Positions 7,926-16,858 of a DNA stretch of 64,000 bases are shown here, piece after piece. Origin of the DNA: an uncultured Bacteriovorax sp. (GTDB lineage: Bacteria > Bdellovibrionota > UBA1018); assembly GCA_964508305.1 (NCBI GenBank), contig CAZDSX010000002.1, positions 5,905 through 69,904 of the forward strand. The letters run 5' to 3'. The notes beneath the pieces were generated by a model. The model ran no database searches and was not told the origin of the DNA. It worked only from the letters and a program-made list of their open reading frames with translations. The number at the start of each line of letters is the position of its first letter. The stretch's first letter is position 1. The translations under genes were made by a program, and so were the position numbers.

Positions 7926-8983
7926 CTGGAGCCTCCACCAAAATCAATGCGGGGATCGATCGCAACATACAAGAAGTCGCTGATGATGTTGCCCAGCAGG
8001 TAGAGGAAGCTCTGGATCACCAGAAGTCCCATGATCACATTGTAATCGCGCGAGAGGATCGAGCTGTAGCCCAGCCATCCCATGCCATCGAGCCCGAAGA
8101 TCGTTTCGATGAGCAGGCTCCCGGCAAAGAATACGGACAAGAAGTGACCCAGCCCGGTTGCGACCGGGATGAGCGCGTTTCGGAGCGCGTGCTTGAAGAG
8201 CACGATGTTCTCGGCAAGGCCCTTGCTGCGGGCGGTGCGCACGTAGTCGCGCTTCACTTCCTCGAGCATGGAGTTTTTCATGAGCACGGTGAGCGTCGTG
8301 AAGCTCCCCACCATGTAGCAGGTGAGCGGCATGAGGAAGTGGCTCACTCGGTCCCAGATCCTGGCAAAAAAGCCGAGGTTCTCGTAGCCATCCGAAACCA
8401 CGCCCTGAATTGGGAGCCAATCAAAGAAGCTCCCCCCGCCAAAAAGCACGATCATGAGGATCGCCAGCATGAACGAGGGCGTGGAGTAGGCCATGAACAG
8501 GACAACAGAGGTCCAGGTGTCGAATGCCTGCCCGTGCCGGACGGCCTTGAAAACTCCCATAGGGATGCACACGAGGTAGCTCAGGATGAAACTCACCACC
8601 CCGAATTGGATCGAAACCGGGAGCTTGCGCACGATCACATCGATCACCGGCTCCTCGTGGGTGAAGCTCCGGCCAAAATCGAGCGTCGCGAGGTTCTTGA
8701 TCCAGATCGCGTAGCGGACAAGAACGGGCTTATCAAAGCCGTACTGCTTTTTGAGTGCGTCGACGACTTCCTGGTTCACTTCCTGCGCACCACGCGACGA
8801 AACACCGGCAGCGGCAGCCCCGCCCCCTCCGCCTTCGGCCTGGAGGGCACTAAAGCGGATCTGCTGGAGCTTTTGCTCGATGGGTGAGCCGGGCGCCAGG
8901 TTGATGATCACAAACGCAACGAGCGTGATCCCGAACAGAGTCGGGATGATCGCGCCGAGGCGTCTGACGAGGTAAATCCACAT
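7922..8983 (-). CDS. ABC peptide transporter permease, OppB/YejB-like
   Basis: 353 aa with six TM helices and the ABC permease signature region. Start overlaps the upstream gene's stop (operon). Confidence 0.8.
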   Translation of the reverse strand: MWIYLVRRLGAIIPTLFGITLVAFVIINLAPGSPIEQKLQQIRFSALQAEGGGGGAAAAGVSSRGAQEVNQEVVDALKKQYGFDKPVLVRYAIWIKNLATLDFGRSFTHEEPVIDVIVRKLPVSIQFGVVSFILSYLVCIPMGVFKAVRHGQAFDTWTSVVLFMAYSTPSFMLAILMIVLFGGGSFFDWLPIQGVVSDGYENLGFFARIWDRVSHFLMPLTCYMVGSFTTLTVLMKNSMLEEVKRDYVRTARSKGLAENIVLFKHALRNALIPVATGLGHFLSVFFAGSLLIETIFGLDGMGWLGYSSILSRDYNVIMGLLVIQSFLYLLGNIISDFLYVAIDPRIDFGGGSR

Positions 8984-8989
8984 GGGTTT

Positions 8990-10603
8990 TTACTGCTCGA
9001 TCTTCCACGTGTTCACGCCGACGGCGTACTTGAGGGTGTCCTTGCCCTTCTTGAGTCGCTTGGTATTGGCGTAGAGCGTGTACTTGCGGTTGAACATGAA
9101 GCTGTAGGGAGCGTCCTCTGCGATCAGCTCATGGATCTGGTTGAGCATCTTCTGGCGCTTCTTGGCGTCCATGGTGGCGCGCATCTCATCAATGAGCTTG
9201 TCGACCTTGGGGTTGGAGTAACCCACGAAGTTGCTGCCGGGACTTGGGATCGAAGCCGAGTGCCAGATCTGCTTGGGATCGGGCTCAAGGTCACCCACGC
9301 TCCAGCCGAGCGTCACGGCGTCGAACTTGCGCTCATCCAAAAGCTTTACAAAGCTGTTCCATTCGATGGTCTTGATGTTCATCGTGATGCCGAGCTTCTT
9401 CATGTCCTCCTTGACGACCGTCCAGTACTTCTCCCCGTCCTTGTTGGCGTTGAGGAGCGTGAACTCAAAGACGGTTTCCTTGCCGTCGATCACCTTGGTC
9501 ATGCCCTTGGAGCCCATCTTCCAGCCGGCCTTTTCGAGGAGTGTGAGCGCCTTCTTGGAGTCAAACTCCACTGCCTTGACCTTGGGGGAAGTGGCCGAGC
9601 TCTTGTTTCCGAACGGGCCCTTGGCGGCTTCGCTCAGGTCAAAGAGGAACTTCTTGATCATGAACTCGCGATTGACGAGGTGGCTCATGGCCATGCGCAC
9701 ATCACGGTCCTTGAAGAAGGGGTGCCTGAAGTTCCAGCCGATGAAGCCGTAGTTGAAGTTGCTCGGTGCCGAGTTCTCGGCCTTCACGGCTTCGACCTTG
9801 GTGCCCCATTCCGAGCCCTTGGTCTTTTGCATGAACTGCTCGGGCGTAAGCCCGATCATGTCGAGATCACCCTTCTTGAGCATCTCGAGAGCGACGGCCT
9901 CTTCCTTGACGGGGCGGAAGAGGATGCGGTCATAGGAGTAGTAGTTCTTGTAGGCGGGGAGATCCTTTCCGAAGAACTCAGGATTCCTGGCGAGCACGAT
10001 CTTCTGGCCCTTTTCCCAGGTTTCGAGCTTGTAGGGACCACAGCCCACGAGCTGCTTGTTGAACTTGGGGTCCTTGGGGTCGCCCACGCCGTAGAAGTGC
10101 TTGGGGATGATCGTGAGGCCTGCGATCGTGTTGAAGTTCTTGAAGTAAACCTGCTTGGTCTTAAATTCGATCGTGTTTTCGTTCACGATCTTCGCGCCTT
10201 CGATCCCTTCGAGGTAGACGCGGGTCTGCGGCGAATCAAAGCGGCCTTCAAAGTAGACATCAAAGCTGTACTTCACATCTTCTGCGGTGACGGGCTTTCC
10301 GTCATGCCACTTCACGCCCTTGCGGAGCGTAAAGGTGAAGGTCTTGCCGTCCTTGGAGACGGAGTATTTTTCGGCCAGTGCCGGGGTCCACTCGTAGGTC
10401 TCTTCGCTGCGGTCCATGAGCGAGCTGAAGACGTAGGCTTGGACCTGGCTTGCATAGGCGTCGCTCGAGGTGATGGGGTTGAGCGTCGAAGGGTCGGCAC
10501 CGAACTCGAGGTAGAGCGTGCCCTTGTCCGGGGCGGCGAGGGCCGAGACGGTTGCAAGGGTTGAAACGGCAAGACAGAGCACTGCAGCAAGGCGCTTAAG
10601 CAT
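8990..10603 (-). CDS. ABC transporter periplasmic substrate-binding protein, family 5 (OppA/YejA-like)
   Basis: 537 aa with a signal peptide (MLKRLAAVLCLAVSTLATVSALA) and the SBP_bac_5 fold. Confidence 0.8.
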   Translation of the reverse strand: MLKRLAAVLCLAVSTLATVSALAAPDKGTLYLEFGADPSTLNPITSSDAYASQVQAYVFSSLMDRSEETYEWTPALAEKYSVSKDGKTFTFTLRKGVKWHDGKPVTAEDVKYSFDVYFEGRFDSPQTRVYLEGIEGAKIVNENTIEFKTKQVYFKNFNTIAGLTIIPKHFYGVGDPKDPKFNKQLVGCGPYKLETWEKGQKIVLARNPEFFGKDLPAYKNYYSYDRILFRPVKEEAVALEMLKKGDLDMIGLTPEQFMQKTKGSEWGTKVEAVKAENSAPSNFNYGFIGWNFRHPFFKDRDVRMAMSHLVNREFMIKKFLFDLSEAAKGPFGNKSSATSPKVKAVEFDSKKALTLLEKAGWKMGSKGMTKVIDGKETVFEFTLLNANKDGEKYWTVVKEDMKKLGITMNIKTIEWNSFVKLLDERKFDAVTLGWSVGDLEPDPKQIWHSASIPSPGSNFVGYSNPKVDKLIDEMRATMDAKKRQKMLNQIHELIAEDAPYSFMFNRKYTLYANTKRLKKGKDTLKYAVGVNTWKIEQ

Positions 10604-10656
10604 GGGTCCAATCTCCTGAATTTAATCTCGCGGCACTTTAGGTTAAGGAGGGGGGC

Positions 10657-12282
10657 ATGTCCACCATCAAGCACGCCGTAAACGAGCCGGTCCGAGCCTA
10701 CGATCCCAATGATTCCGTGGGTCAAGCCCAGAGGGCGAGCCTCAAGGCGAGGCTCGATTCGATGTCCCGCGAGCGGGTCGAAATCCCGCTCATGATCGGG
10801 GGCAAGGCCGTGCGTACAGGCAAGACCCGCAAGGTCGTCATGCCTCACTCCCACGGCGAAGTGGTGGCCGAGTTCCATCTGGCTGGAGAGGCGGAGCTCG
10901 AGCTCGCCGCCCACGCAGCATTGAAGGCCAAAGCCGAGTGGGAAGCCCTCACTCCTGCCGAGCGCTCAGCAGTTTTTTTGAAGGCGGCTGACCTTCTGGC
11001 CGGACCCTGGCGCGATCGACTCAATGCCGCAACGATGCTGGGTCAGTCCAAGAACGTCTTCCAGGCCGAAATCGACGCGGCCTGCGAACTAATTGATTTT
11101 CTTAGGTTTAATGTCCAGTTCTACCAGGAGATTCTGGAGGTTCAGCCCGTCTCGGGTCCCGGCATGTGGAACCAGACAGACTACCGCCCGCTCGAGGGCT
11201 TTGTGCTCGCGATCACGCCGTTTAACTTTACGGCCATCGCGGGAAACCTCCCAGCTACGCCGGCCCTTGTGGGTAACACCTGCGTTTGGAAGCCCTCCGA
11301 CACCCAGATGCTTTCGGCCTGGTACACCTACCAGCTCTTTGAAGCGGCAGGCCTGCCTCCTGGGGTCATCAACATGGTCGCAGCCGACGGGCCGCTGACC
11401 TCGCAGGTGCTGGTGCGCCACAAGGATCTTGCCGGGGTTCACTTCACGGGCTCGACAGCCACTTTCCAAAGCATCTGGAAGACCGTGGGCGAGGGGATTG
11501 CCTCCTACCGCTCCTATCCTAGACTCGTGGGAGAAACCGGGGGCAAAGACTTTGTCTTTGCTCATCCAAGCGCTGACGCCGACGCATTGGTCGCGGCTCT
11601 CGTTCGGGGTGCGTTTGAGTACCAGGGTCAAAAGTGCTCGGCCGCCTCGCGCGCCTATCTGCCCAAGCCTCTTTGGGAAAAAATCCGTCCTCGCCTGATC
11701 GAGGAGACTTCGGGTCTCAAGATGGGAGATGTGCGGGATTTCTCGAACTTCGTGAACGCGGTGATCGATGAGCGCTCGTTCGACAAGATTTCGGGCTATC
11801 AAAAGTTTGCCCGTGAAGCGAAGGACGCCAAGGTCCTGGTTGGCGGCAACTCGGACAAAAAAGCAGGCTACTTTGTAGAACCCACGATCATCGAGACTTC
11901 GGATCCACGCTTCAAGACGATGGTTGAAGAGATCTTTGGTCCCGTGCTCACGGTCTGGACTTATGATGAAGCGCGGATCGATGAAGCGCTTGCGACGTGC
12001 GATTCAACGAGTCCCTATGCACTGACCGGCGCAATCTTCGCGCAGGATCGTCGCGTGGTGGCTGAGCTCTCTTCGCGCCTCCGGCACGCAGCCGGGAACT
12101 TCTATATCAACGACAAGCCCACGGGCGCCGTTGTCGGGCAGCAGCCTTTTGGTGGCGCTCGTGCTTCGGGTACCAACGACAAGGCGGGCTCGGCACTCAA
12201 CCTCTATCGCTGGCTCTCCCCACGTACGGTGAAGGAGACTTTCGCTCCGCCGCGCAACTACCGCTATCCGTTTCATTCGTAA
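10657..12282 (+). CDS. pruA: L-glutamate gamma-semialdehyde (1-pyrroline-5-carboxylate) dehydrogenase
   Basis: 541 aa of the aldehyde dehydrogenase superfamily with the P5CDH-type sequence (catalytic Cys in EYQGQKCSAAS, Glu in VGETGGKD). Strong SD AAGGAGGGGGG upstream. Confidence 0.85.
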   Translation: MSTIKHAVNEPVRAYDPNDSVGQAQRASLKARLDSMSRERVEIPLMIGGKAVRTGKTRKVVMPHSHGEVVAEFHLAGEAELELAAHAALKAKAEWEALTPAERSAVFLKAADLLAGPWRDRLNAATMLGQSKNVFQAEIDAACELIDFLRFNVQFYQEILEVQPVSGPGMWNQTDYRPLEGFVLAITPFNFTAIAGNLPATPALVGNTCVWKPSDTQMLSAWYTYQLFEAAGLPPGVINMVAADGPLTSQVLVRHKDLAGVHFTGSTATFQSIWKTVGEGIASYRSYPRLVGETGGKDFVFAHPSADADALVAALVRGAFEYQGQKCSAASRAYLPKPLWEKIRPRLIEETSGLKMGDVRDFSNFVNAVIDERSFDKISGYQKFAREAKDAKVLVGGNSDKKAGYFVEPTIIETSDPRFKTMVEEIFGPVLTVWTYDEARIDEALATCDSTSPYALTGAIFAQDRRVVAELSSRLRHAAGNFYINDKPTGAVVGQQPFGGARASGTNDKAGSALNLYRWLSPRTVKETFAPPRNYRYPFHS

Positions 12283-12308
12283 GTGGCGTCAGTGGCTCGA
12301 TGGCCAAA

Positions 12309-12330
12309 GCGCAAAATTTGCGCAAGTTTT
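12309..12330. terminator. Candidate intrinsic terminator between convergent pruA and the XRE-like gene (GCGCA-AAATT-TGCGC followed by AAGTTTT)
   Basis: 5-bp GC stem with a 5-nt loop followed by a T-rich run. Short stem, so weak. Confidence 0.3.
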
Positions 12331-12381
12331 GAAACCATAAACGGGCTCATCGCAGATTCGTGTGCGGCGGGACGGATCGCG

Positions 12382-12936
12382 TTAGATCACGGTTCGGTAG
12401 ACCACGGCTCGTGGGGTACGCCTGGGCCATGAGGCTTGATTCTTCGAGTGCGTGGCTCGAGGATTTACGGTGCAGTTTTTGCGCAGAGTTTGCGGATTGG
12501 CTCTCCCTCTCCATTCGAGCTCAACATTCAAGGCGGCGGAGATCTTTTTCCATGTGCTGGGGCGCCCTTTGGAGTGCCCTTGCTCGATCCTGGAGATTTG
12601 GCTTGCGGTGAGCCCTGCGCGACTGGCGAGTTCTTGCTGGTTCCAGCCCAGGCGGGTTCGGATTGCTTCCAGCTCGTGCGATTTTCCGACTGAGCCGAGC
12701 GTCGCTATGCGTATGGCGGAGCGGGGGTCGAGCAGGGGATCGAACTTGGGGTGTGCATAGTAGCTCCCGATCTCCCGCAGTACGGGTTTGAGCTGCCTAA
12801 ATATGCGTCTCAGCAGGGACTTTCTCTGCGCCTGTGAGAGGTCATTGTGGATCGAGATCAGGAATGACACGCCGCCCGGGAGCGTGATGAAGGTCTCGGA
12901 TCGGCATCGGGTGGTGGAAAATCGGAAGGTGTCCAT
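12382..12936 (-). CDS. XRE-family helix-turn-helix protein with an N-terminal domain of unknown function (HTH located C-terminally)
   Basis: HTH_XRE motif LEAIRTRLGWNQQELASRAGLTASQISRIEQG. Start chosen at MDTFRF (12936) because the longer in-frame extension overlaps the antisense small gene 13003..13257. GC3 is noticeably lower than in neighbouring genes. Confidence 0.5.
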   Translation of the reverse strand: MDTFRFSTTRCRSETFITLPGGVSFLISIHNDLSQAQRKSLLRRIFRQLKPVLREIGSYYAHPKFDPLLDPRSAIRIATLGSVGKSHELEAIRTRLGWNQQELASRAGLTASQISRIEQGHSKGRPSTWKKISAALNVELEWRGRANPQTLRKNCTVNPRATHSKNQASWPRRTPRAVVYRTVI

Positions 12937-13002
12937 GGTGGGCCAACTAGCGAATATCAGGCCCAAAAATTTCCACTTAAGGGCGGTCAAAAACCTGCCG
13001 AA

Positions 13003-13257
13003 ATGAACTCCATGGATAAAGAGACCTTCTTTGAACAGGTGAAGCAGCAATACATGGAGCAGATCACGGCCATCTACATGAAGGCCGAGCACTCCGGAAA
13101 AGTGGACTTCAAGCAGCTCACCACGCAGCTCCAGCAGCTCAAGAAGCTGGCTGCGGGCGAGGGCCTTCGCGGCCCTGAGTTCGATGAAATGGTCTACTCG
13201 CTCCTGCCCGGTGTTGAGGGCAAGGTCGAGCTCACGATCACCAAGAAAGCAGCCTGA
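13003..13257 (+). CDS. Small hypothetical protein (84 aa, helical, acidic/Lys-rich)
   Basis: High-GC3 ORF. No recognisable domain. Confidence 0.45.
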   Translation: MNSMDKETFFEQVKQQYMEQITAIYMKAEHSGKVDFKQLTTQLQQLKKLAAGEGLRGPEFDEMVYSLLPGVEGKVELTITKKAA

Positions 13258-13263
13258 CCCGCG

Positions 13264-13542
13264 TTAGTAGAGCGTGGGGCGCTTGCGGGGCTCCGAGCCC
13301 CCTTTGGCCTCGCTCACCGTCAGGGCGCGCCCTTCGAACTCGGCACCGTTGAAGCGGTCGATGGCCTTGGGCACGTCGGCTTCGCTGGCCATCTCGATAA
13401 AGCCAAACCCCTTGGATCTGCCTGATCCCGAGTCCGTGATGATGCGCACGGACTGGACCTGACCAATCTGCTCGAAGATCTCGATCAGTTGGGGTTCGGT
13501 CGTGGTGTAGGGCAGGTTGCCAACGTAGAGTTTGCGACTCAT
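13264..13542 (-). CDS. RNA-binding protein with a single RRM domain
   Basis: RNP-2 (LYVGNL) and RNP-1 (KGFGFIEM) motifs in a 92-aa product. Confidence 0.8.
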   Translation of the reverse strand: MSRKLYVGNLPYTTTEPQLIEIFEQIGQVQSVRIITDSGSGRSKGFGFIEMASEADVPKAIDRFNGAEFEGRALTVSEAKGGSEPRKRPTLY

Positions 13543-13597
13543 GCCCCAAGGCTAACATCCCGTGGATTTTTTAGCGACCTTCGGATAGGCCGGTTGC

Positions 13598-14257
13598 ATG
13601 AGCACGTTCGGCGGAAATCTGTTTGTCGGCATCTTCAAGCTTCTCGCCCTGGTGGCAGGGCTGGGGGAGTCATCCCTGCCGGTCAGCGGCCTGGAGCTCA
13701 GCACCTGCGACACCCCGGTCTGGGAGGCGGAACCCGCCAAGCTTTCCGGAGGAAACTACGGGGCCGAAATCAGTGCGATCTGCACGATCCGTCCCAGCAT
13801 GGGTGGGGACTTTGCCAAACTGGAGGCTTACGCTCTCTCCCAGTTCCGGCAGCGTGGGGCCATCACGGTAGGACCCGTCGACGAATCCTTCGAGGCCCTG
13901 CCTTCGAAGTACCTCGAGATCGAAGTCCAGCAGGCGGGCAAGGATTTTTCGGCCAGGATCATCAACGATGTTCATCTCGCCACCGACCTGACGGAACGCC
14001 TGACGATGGTGTCCCGATCCAAGAAGATCGTCGCCACGGGTTATGCCGAATACGTCAAGCGCATCGATACGCGCATGAGCTTCGTCGCGACGACGGTTTT
14101 GGGTGAGCATCGCGCCAAGATCACCGTGCTGGGTGAAGTGAGCAAGCCATGGTTCGTACCCGAAGGGACTCTCCTTTCGGAGGCACGCAAGCGCGGCCCG
14201 GCCGAGTACGCCAAAGTCGTCCTGAAGCTCGCGCGGGATCTCGAAAAGAACTACTAA
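13598..14257 (+). CDS. Hypothetical secreted protein
   Basis: 219 aa with an N-terminal hydrophobic signal-like segment (LFVGIFKLLALVAGLG). High GC3. Confidence 0.5.
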   Translation: MSTFGGNLFVGIFKLLALVAGLGESSLPVSGLELSTCDTPVWEAEPAKLSGGNYGAEISAICTIRPSMGGDFAKLEAYALSQFRQRGAITVGPVDESFEALPSKYLEIEVQQAGKDFSARIINDVHLATDLTERLTMVSRSKKIVATGYAEYVKRIDTRMSFVATTVLGEHRAKITVLGEVSKPWFVPEGTLLSEARKRGPAEYAKVVLKLARDLEKNY

Positions 14258-14261
14258 GACA

Positions 14262-15032
14262 CTACTCGGGAAGCTTGGGGGGCTTGCTGACTCCCCATTC
14301 GGCCCAGATCTGGGTTGCCTCGGATACGGTCATCGCCTTCTTGAACTTGGCGCCGGGCCTTCCCTTGACGCGAGCCTCACAGCTCTTCCAATCTGCATGG
14401 GTTTCGGCAACCCCGTTGACGAAGCTTAGGTACGCCACGGGCTTCTCTGCGGGCTTCTTGTTCTTCCACTTCTCAGGATCGTTCTCCGGAATGTCGCGTG
14501 ACTCCGGCAGGTCGTGGATGGCGACAAAGTAGCGGAGCAGCGGTCCGTGGTAGAGTCCGTGGGGCACGGATTTTCCCTGCGAGAAGGCGACGGCAATCTC
14601 ATCGACGCGCTCGTTGCCGGGGATTCCTGAGTGACCCTTGACGTAGGACCAGCGGATCTTGGGGTCGCCGTGTTTGATCCTGTGTCCGACTTCCTGCTGC
14701 AGGACCTGCCAGAGGTCGGCGTTCAGGACGTCTTTTCCTTCGGCGGTTTTCCAGTCACGATTGCGCCAGGCAAAAATCCATTGGGTGATCCCGCGCAGGA
14801 CATAGAGTGAGTCGGTGATGACTTCCACGGGACCGCGGATCTCGCGGATATTTTCGAGGGCGCGGAGGATCGCGACCATTTCCATGCGGTTGTTGGTCGT
14901 TGATGGATTTCGGCCGCCCATCTCCTCGATGGTTCCATCCGGGAGGCAGACAATCGAGCCCCAGCCACCGGGCCCCGGGTTTCCGGAGCAGGCGCCGTCA
15001 CCGATGATGAGGATTGCGGGCTGTTCGGCCAT
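14262..15032 (-). CDS. rnhA: Ribonuclease HI with a C-terminal hybrid-binding (Cauli_VI-like) domain
   Basis: N-terminal ~150 aa is RNase H (DEDD residues in GDGACSGN, MEM, ITDS, ERVDE). The C-terminus contains YLSFVNGVAETHADWKSCEARVKGRPGAKFKKAMTVSEATQIWAEW, matching the RNase H1 hybrid-binding domain. Confidence 0.8.
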   Translation of the reverse strand: MAEQPAILIIGDGACSGNPGPGGWGSIVCLPDGTIEEMGGRNPSTTNNRMEMVAILRALENIREIRGPVEVITDSLYVLRGITQWIFAWRNRDWKTAEGKDVLNADLWQVLQQEVGHRIKHGDPKIRWSYVKGHSGIPGNERVDEIAVAFSQGKSVPHGLYHGPLLRYFVAIHDLPESRDIPENDPEKWKNKKPAEKPVAYLSFVNGVAETHADWKSCEARVKGRPGAKFKKAMTVSEATQIWAEWGVSKPPKLPE

Positions 15033-15059
15033 GCCTTAGGGCTAGCGCGAAAGTAGCCG

Positions 15060-16217
15060 TCATGCCGCAACTTTTTCGATGCTCTTGAGCTGCAGGACTT
15101 CGCTCAGGTCTGAATGCTTGAGGATTCCGATGATCCTTCCATTGCGGCTCACGGGAAGGATTCCGTGGCGGGCGCTGCCCAGCTCCTGGAGGGCCGTGGC
15201 AAGAGGAGTGTCCCAGTCCAGGAATTCGACGCCCTCGGCCTCATCCGCAACGCGATCCACCACATCTCTCAGCAGTGTGGTGTCCCTGAAGTGGAAGGGG
15301 ACCGCACGGACTTGCTGGAGGGTGACGATCGAGTAGCGACCCTTGGGGTGCTCCACGGGAAGCGCGGTGACACGGGAGTGGAGCATCTGGTTGATCGCCG
15401 CAGAAAGGCTCTGGCCGTCAGGGAGGGAGGGGACGAGGGTGGCAACTTCGCCCGCACGAAGTCCTTCGAGCAGTCCCCGGCTCATCAATGCGGACCACTC
15501 GGCCTGCGCGCTGGCATAAAGGAAGAATGCGATCAATACGAGGAACAGGTTGAATCCCACGAGTCCCATCGCTCCCAGGAGCCAGGCCATGGCGTGGCTC
15601 ACTCGAACGGCGATCCGAGTTGCTCGAACGGCTCCGATTCGTGCCGAGAGGGAAGCCCTGAGCGCCCTTCCGCCATCGAGAGGGAAGGCGGGAAGCAGGT
15701 TGAAGACGGCCAGCACGAGGTTGGATTTGAAGATCCAGTGTCCATAAAAGGCGATCCAAGGATGTGCAAAGGGCTCGGGAAAGTGTTTCCAGGCGAGCCA
15801 TCCAGCCATGGCAATGGCGACACTCAGGGCCGGTCCGGCAAGTGCCATGATGGCTTCCTTGCGGGGCGATTGGGATTCGTTATCGATCCCTGGGTCGATC
15901 TCTGAAACCCCACCCAGCATCATGAGCATGATGCTGCGCACGCGCGCACCCTGGCGGACGGCCACGGCAACATGGGCCATCTCATGCAGGAGGACGGAGC
16001 CAAAGAGCGAGATGGCAAAGAGGGCGCCCCAGGCCAAAGGGCCGGCTCGGCCCTCGAAAAGCGTGAGCGAGCCCACAGGAAGCCCTGCCTCGGTGGCAAG
16101 CTGTCCGAAGCGCGAAGCCGTGACGTAGGTCAGGTAGGGAAGGATCAGAAGAAGCGTGAGGTGAAGGCGGATCTTGACCCCTTTGAACCTAGCGACCGTC
16201 CAGCTCTGACCCGGCAT
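15060..16217 (-). CDS. Site-2 protease family (M50) zinc metalloprotease with CBS domains
   Basis: HEMAHV zinc motif, multiple TM helices, and a C-terminal CBS pair. Confidence 0.8.
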   Translation of the reverse strand: MPGQSWTVARFKGVKIRLHLTLLLILPYLTYVTASRFGQLATEAGLPVGSLTLFEGRAGPLAWGALFAISLFGSVLLHEMAHVAVAVRQGARVRSIMLMMLGGVSEIDPGIDNESQSPRKEAIMALAGPALSVAIAMAGWLAWKHFPEPFAHPWIAFYGHWIFKSNLVLAVFNLLPAFPLDGGRALRASLSARIGAVRATRIAVRVSHAMAWLLGAMGLVGFNLFLVLIAFFLYASAQAEWSALMSRGLLEGLRAGEVATLVPSLPDGQSLSAAINQMLHSRVTALPVEHPKGRYSIVTLQQVRAVPFHFRDTTLLRDVVDRVADEAEGVEFLDWDTPLATALQELGSARHGILPVSRNGRIIGILKHSDLSEVLQLKSIEKVAA

Positions 16218-16232
16218 CCTCCACCCCCGAGT

Positions 16233-16799
16233 TCACTTGCATTGCGAAATTGATGCTCGCGCCTCAAGCCGGCAGCCGGGCGGAAGCCGGCAGGTCCCAC
16301 CCTCTGCTCCGGAGAGTTCGGCGTCGAAACGCTCCATGTGGATCTCCATCCGGTCGCGGTCTTCACAGTGCAGCCGGCCTTGTGCCCGGAGGAGGGAGGG
16401 GCTCCAGCAGGCGCCTTGTCCCGGGATCTCGAGCTGGATCCATGCGGGGCCGGCCTCGATGTCAAAGTGGTCGTCCGGATAGACTTGCCAAAGCGAATCG
16501 AGGCGCTGGTCCTGCGTGCGGATGGCCAGGGTCTTTTTGCTGCAGTCGCCTGAAAAGTAGATCGCACTGGTCTCCAGCAGTCGAATGGCCCGGACCTCCA
16601 TCGGACACCCGCGCAAGGACGGAAGCACGAGCTGGGTTGGAGAGATCATCCCGTAGGGACACTGCGTTCCTATGGTGAGGCCGCCACTCAGGGGCGGGGA
16701 TCCATCGCGCGCTGACTGGGTCCCGCCGTGCATGCCGCAGGAGCTGGCAAGCAAGGTCAGGATCAGGAGCGCCAGGCAAACCGCTGATTTCAGGGCCAT
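16233..16799 (-). CDS. Putative lipoprotein/secreted protein (MALKSAVCLALLILTLLASSC...)
   Basis: Lipobox-like LLASSC after a signal peptide. Start is internal to ORF 16233..16856. AAGG SD 8 nt upstream. Confidence 0.5.
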   Translation of the reverse strand: MALKSAVCLALLILTLLASSCGMHGGTQSARDGSPPLSGGLTIGTQCPYGMISPTQLVLPSLRGCPMEVRAIRLLETSAIYFSGDCSKKTLAIRTQDQRLDSLWQVYPDDHFDIEAGPAWIQLEIPGQGACWSPSLLRAQGRLHCEDRDRMEIHMERFDAELSGAEGGTCRLPPGCRLEARASISQCK

Positions 16800-16858
16800 C
16801 CTTCCGGCCTTTGCAACCGGAGTTCCATACCCCGCCCCGCCATGGTAGCCGGGCACTC

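Noticed and set aside
9131-10564. 477-aa plus-strand ORF inside the substrate-binding protein gene
   Set aside because: Antisense artefact. The opposite-strand product is a clear SBP family 5 protein.
12382-13092. Full-length 236-aa version of the XRE-like ORF
   Set aside because: Its first ~50 codons overlap the high-GC3 small gene 13003..13257 antisense and look non-coding. The shorter start at 12936 is preferred.
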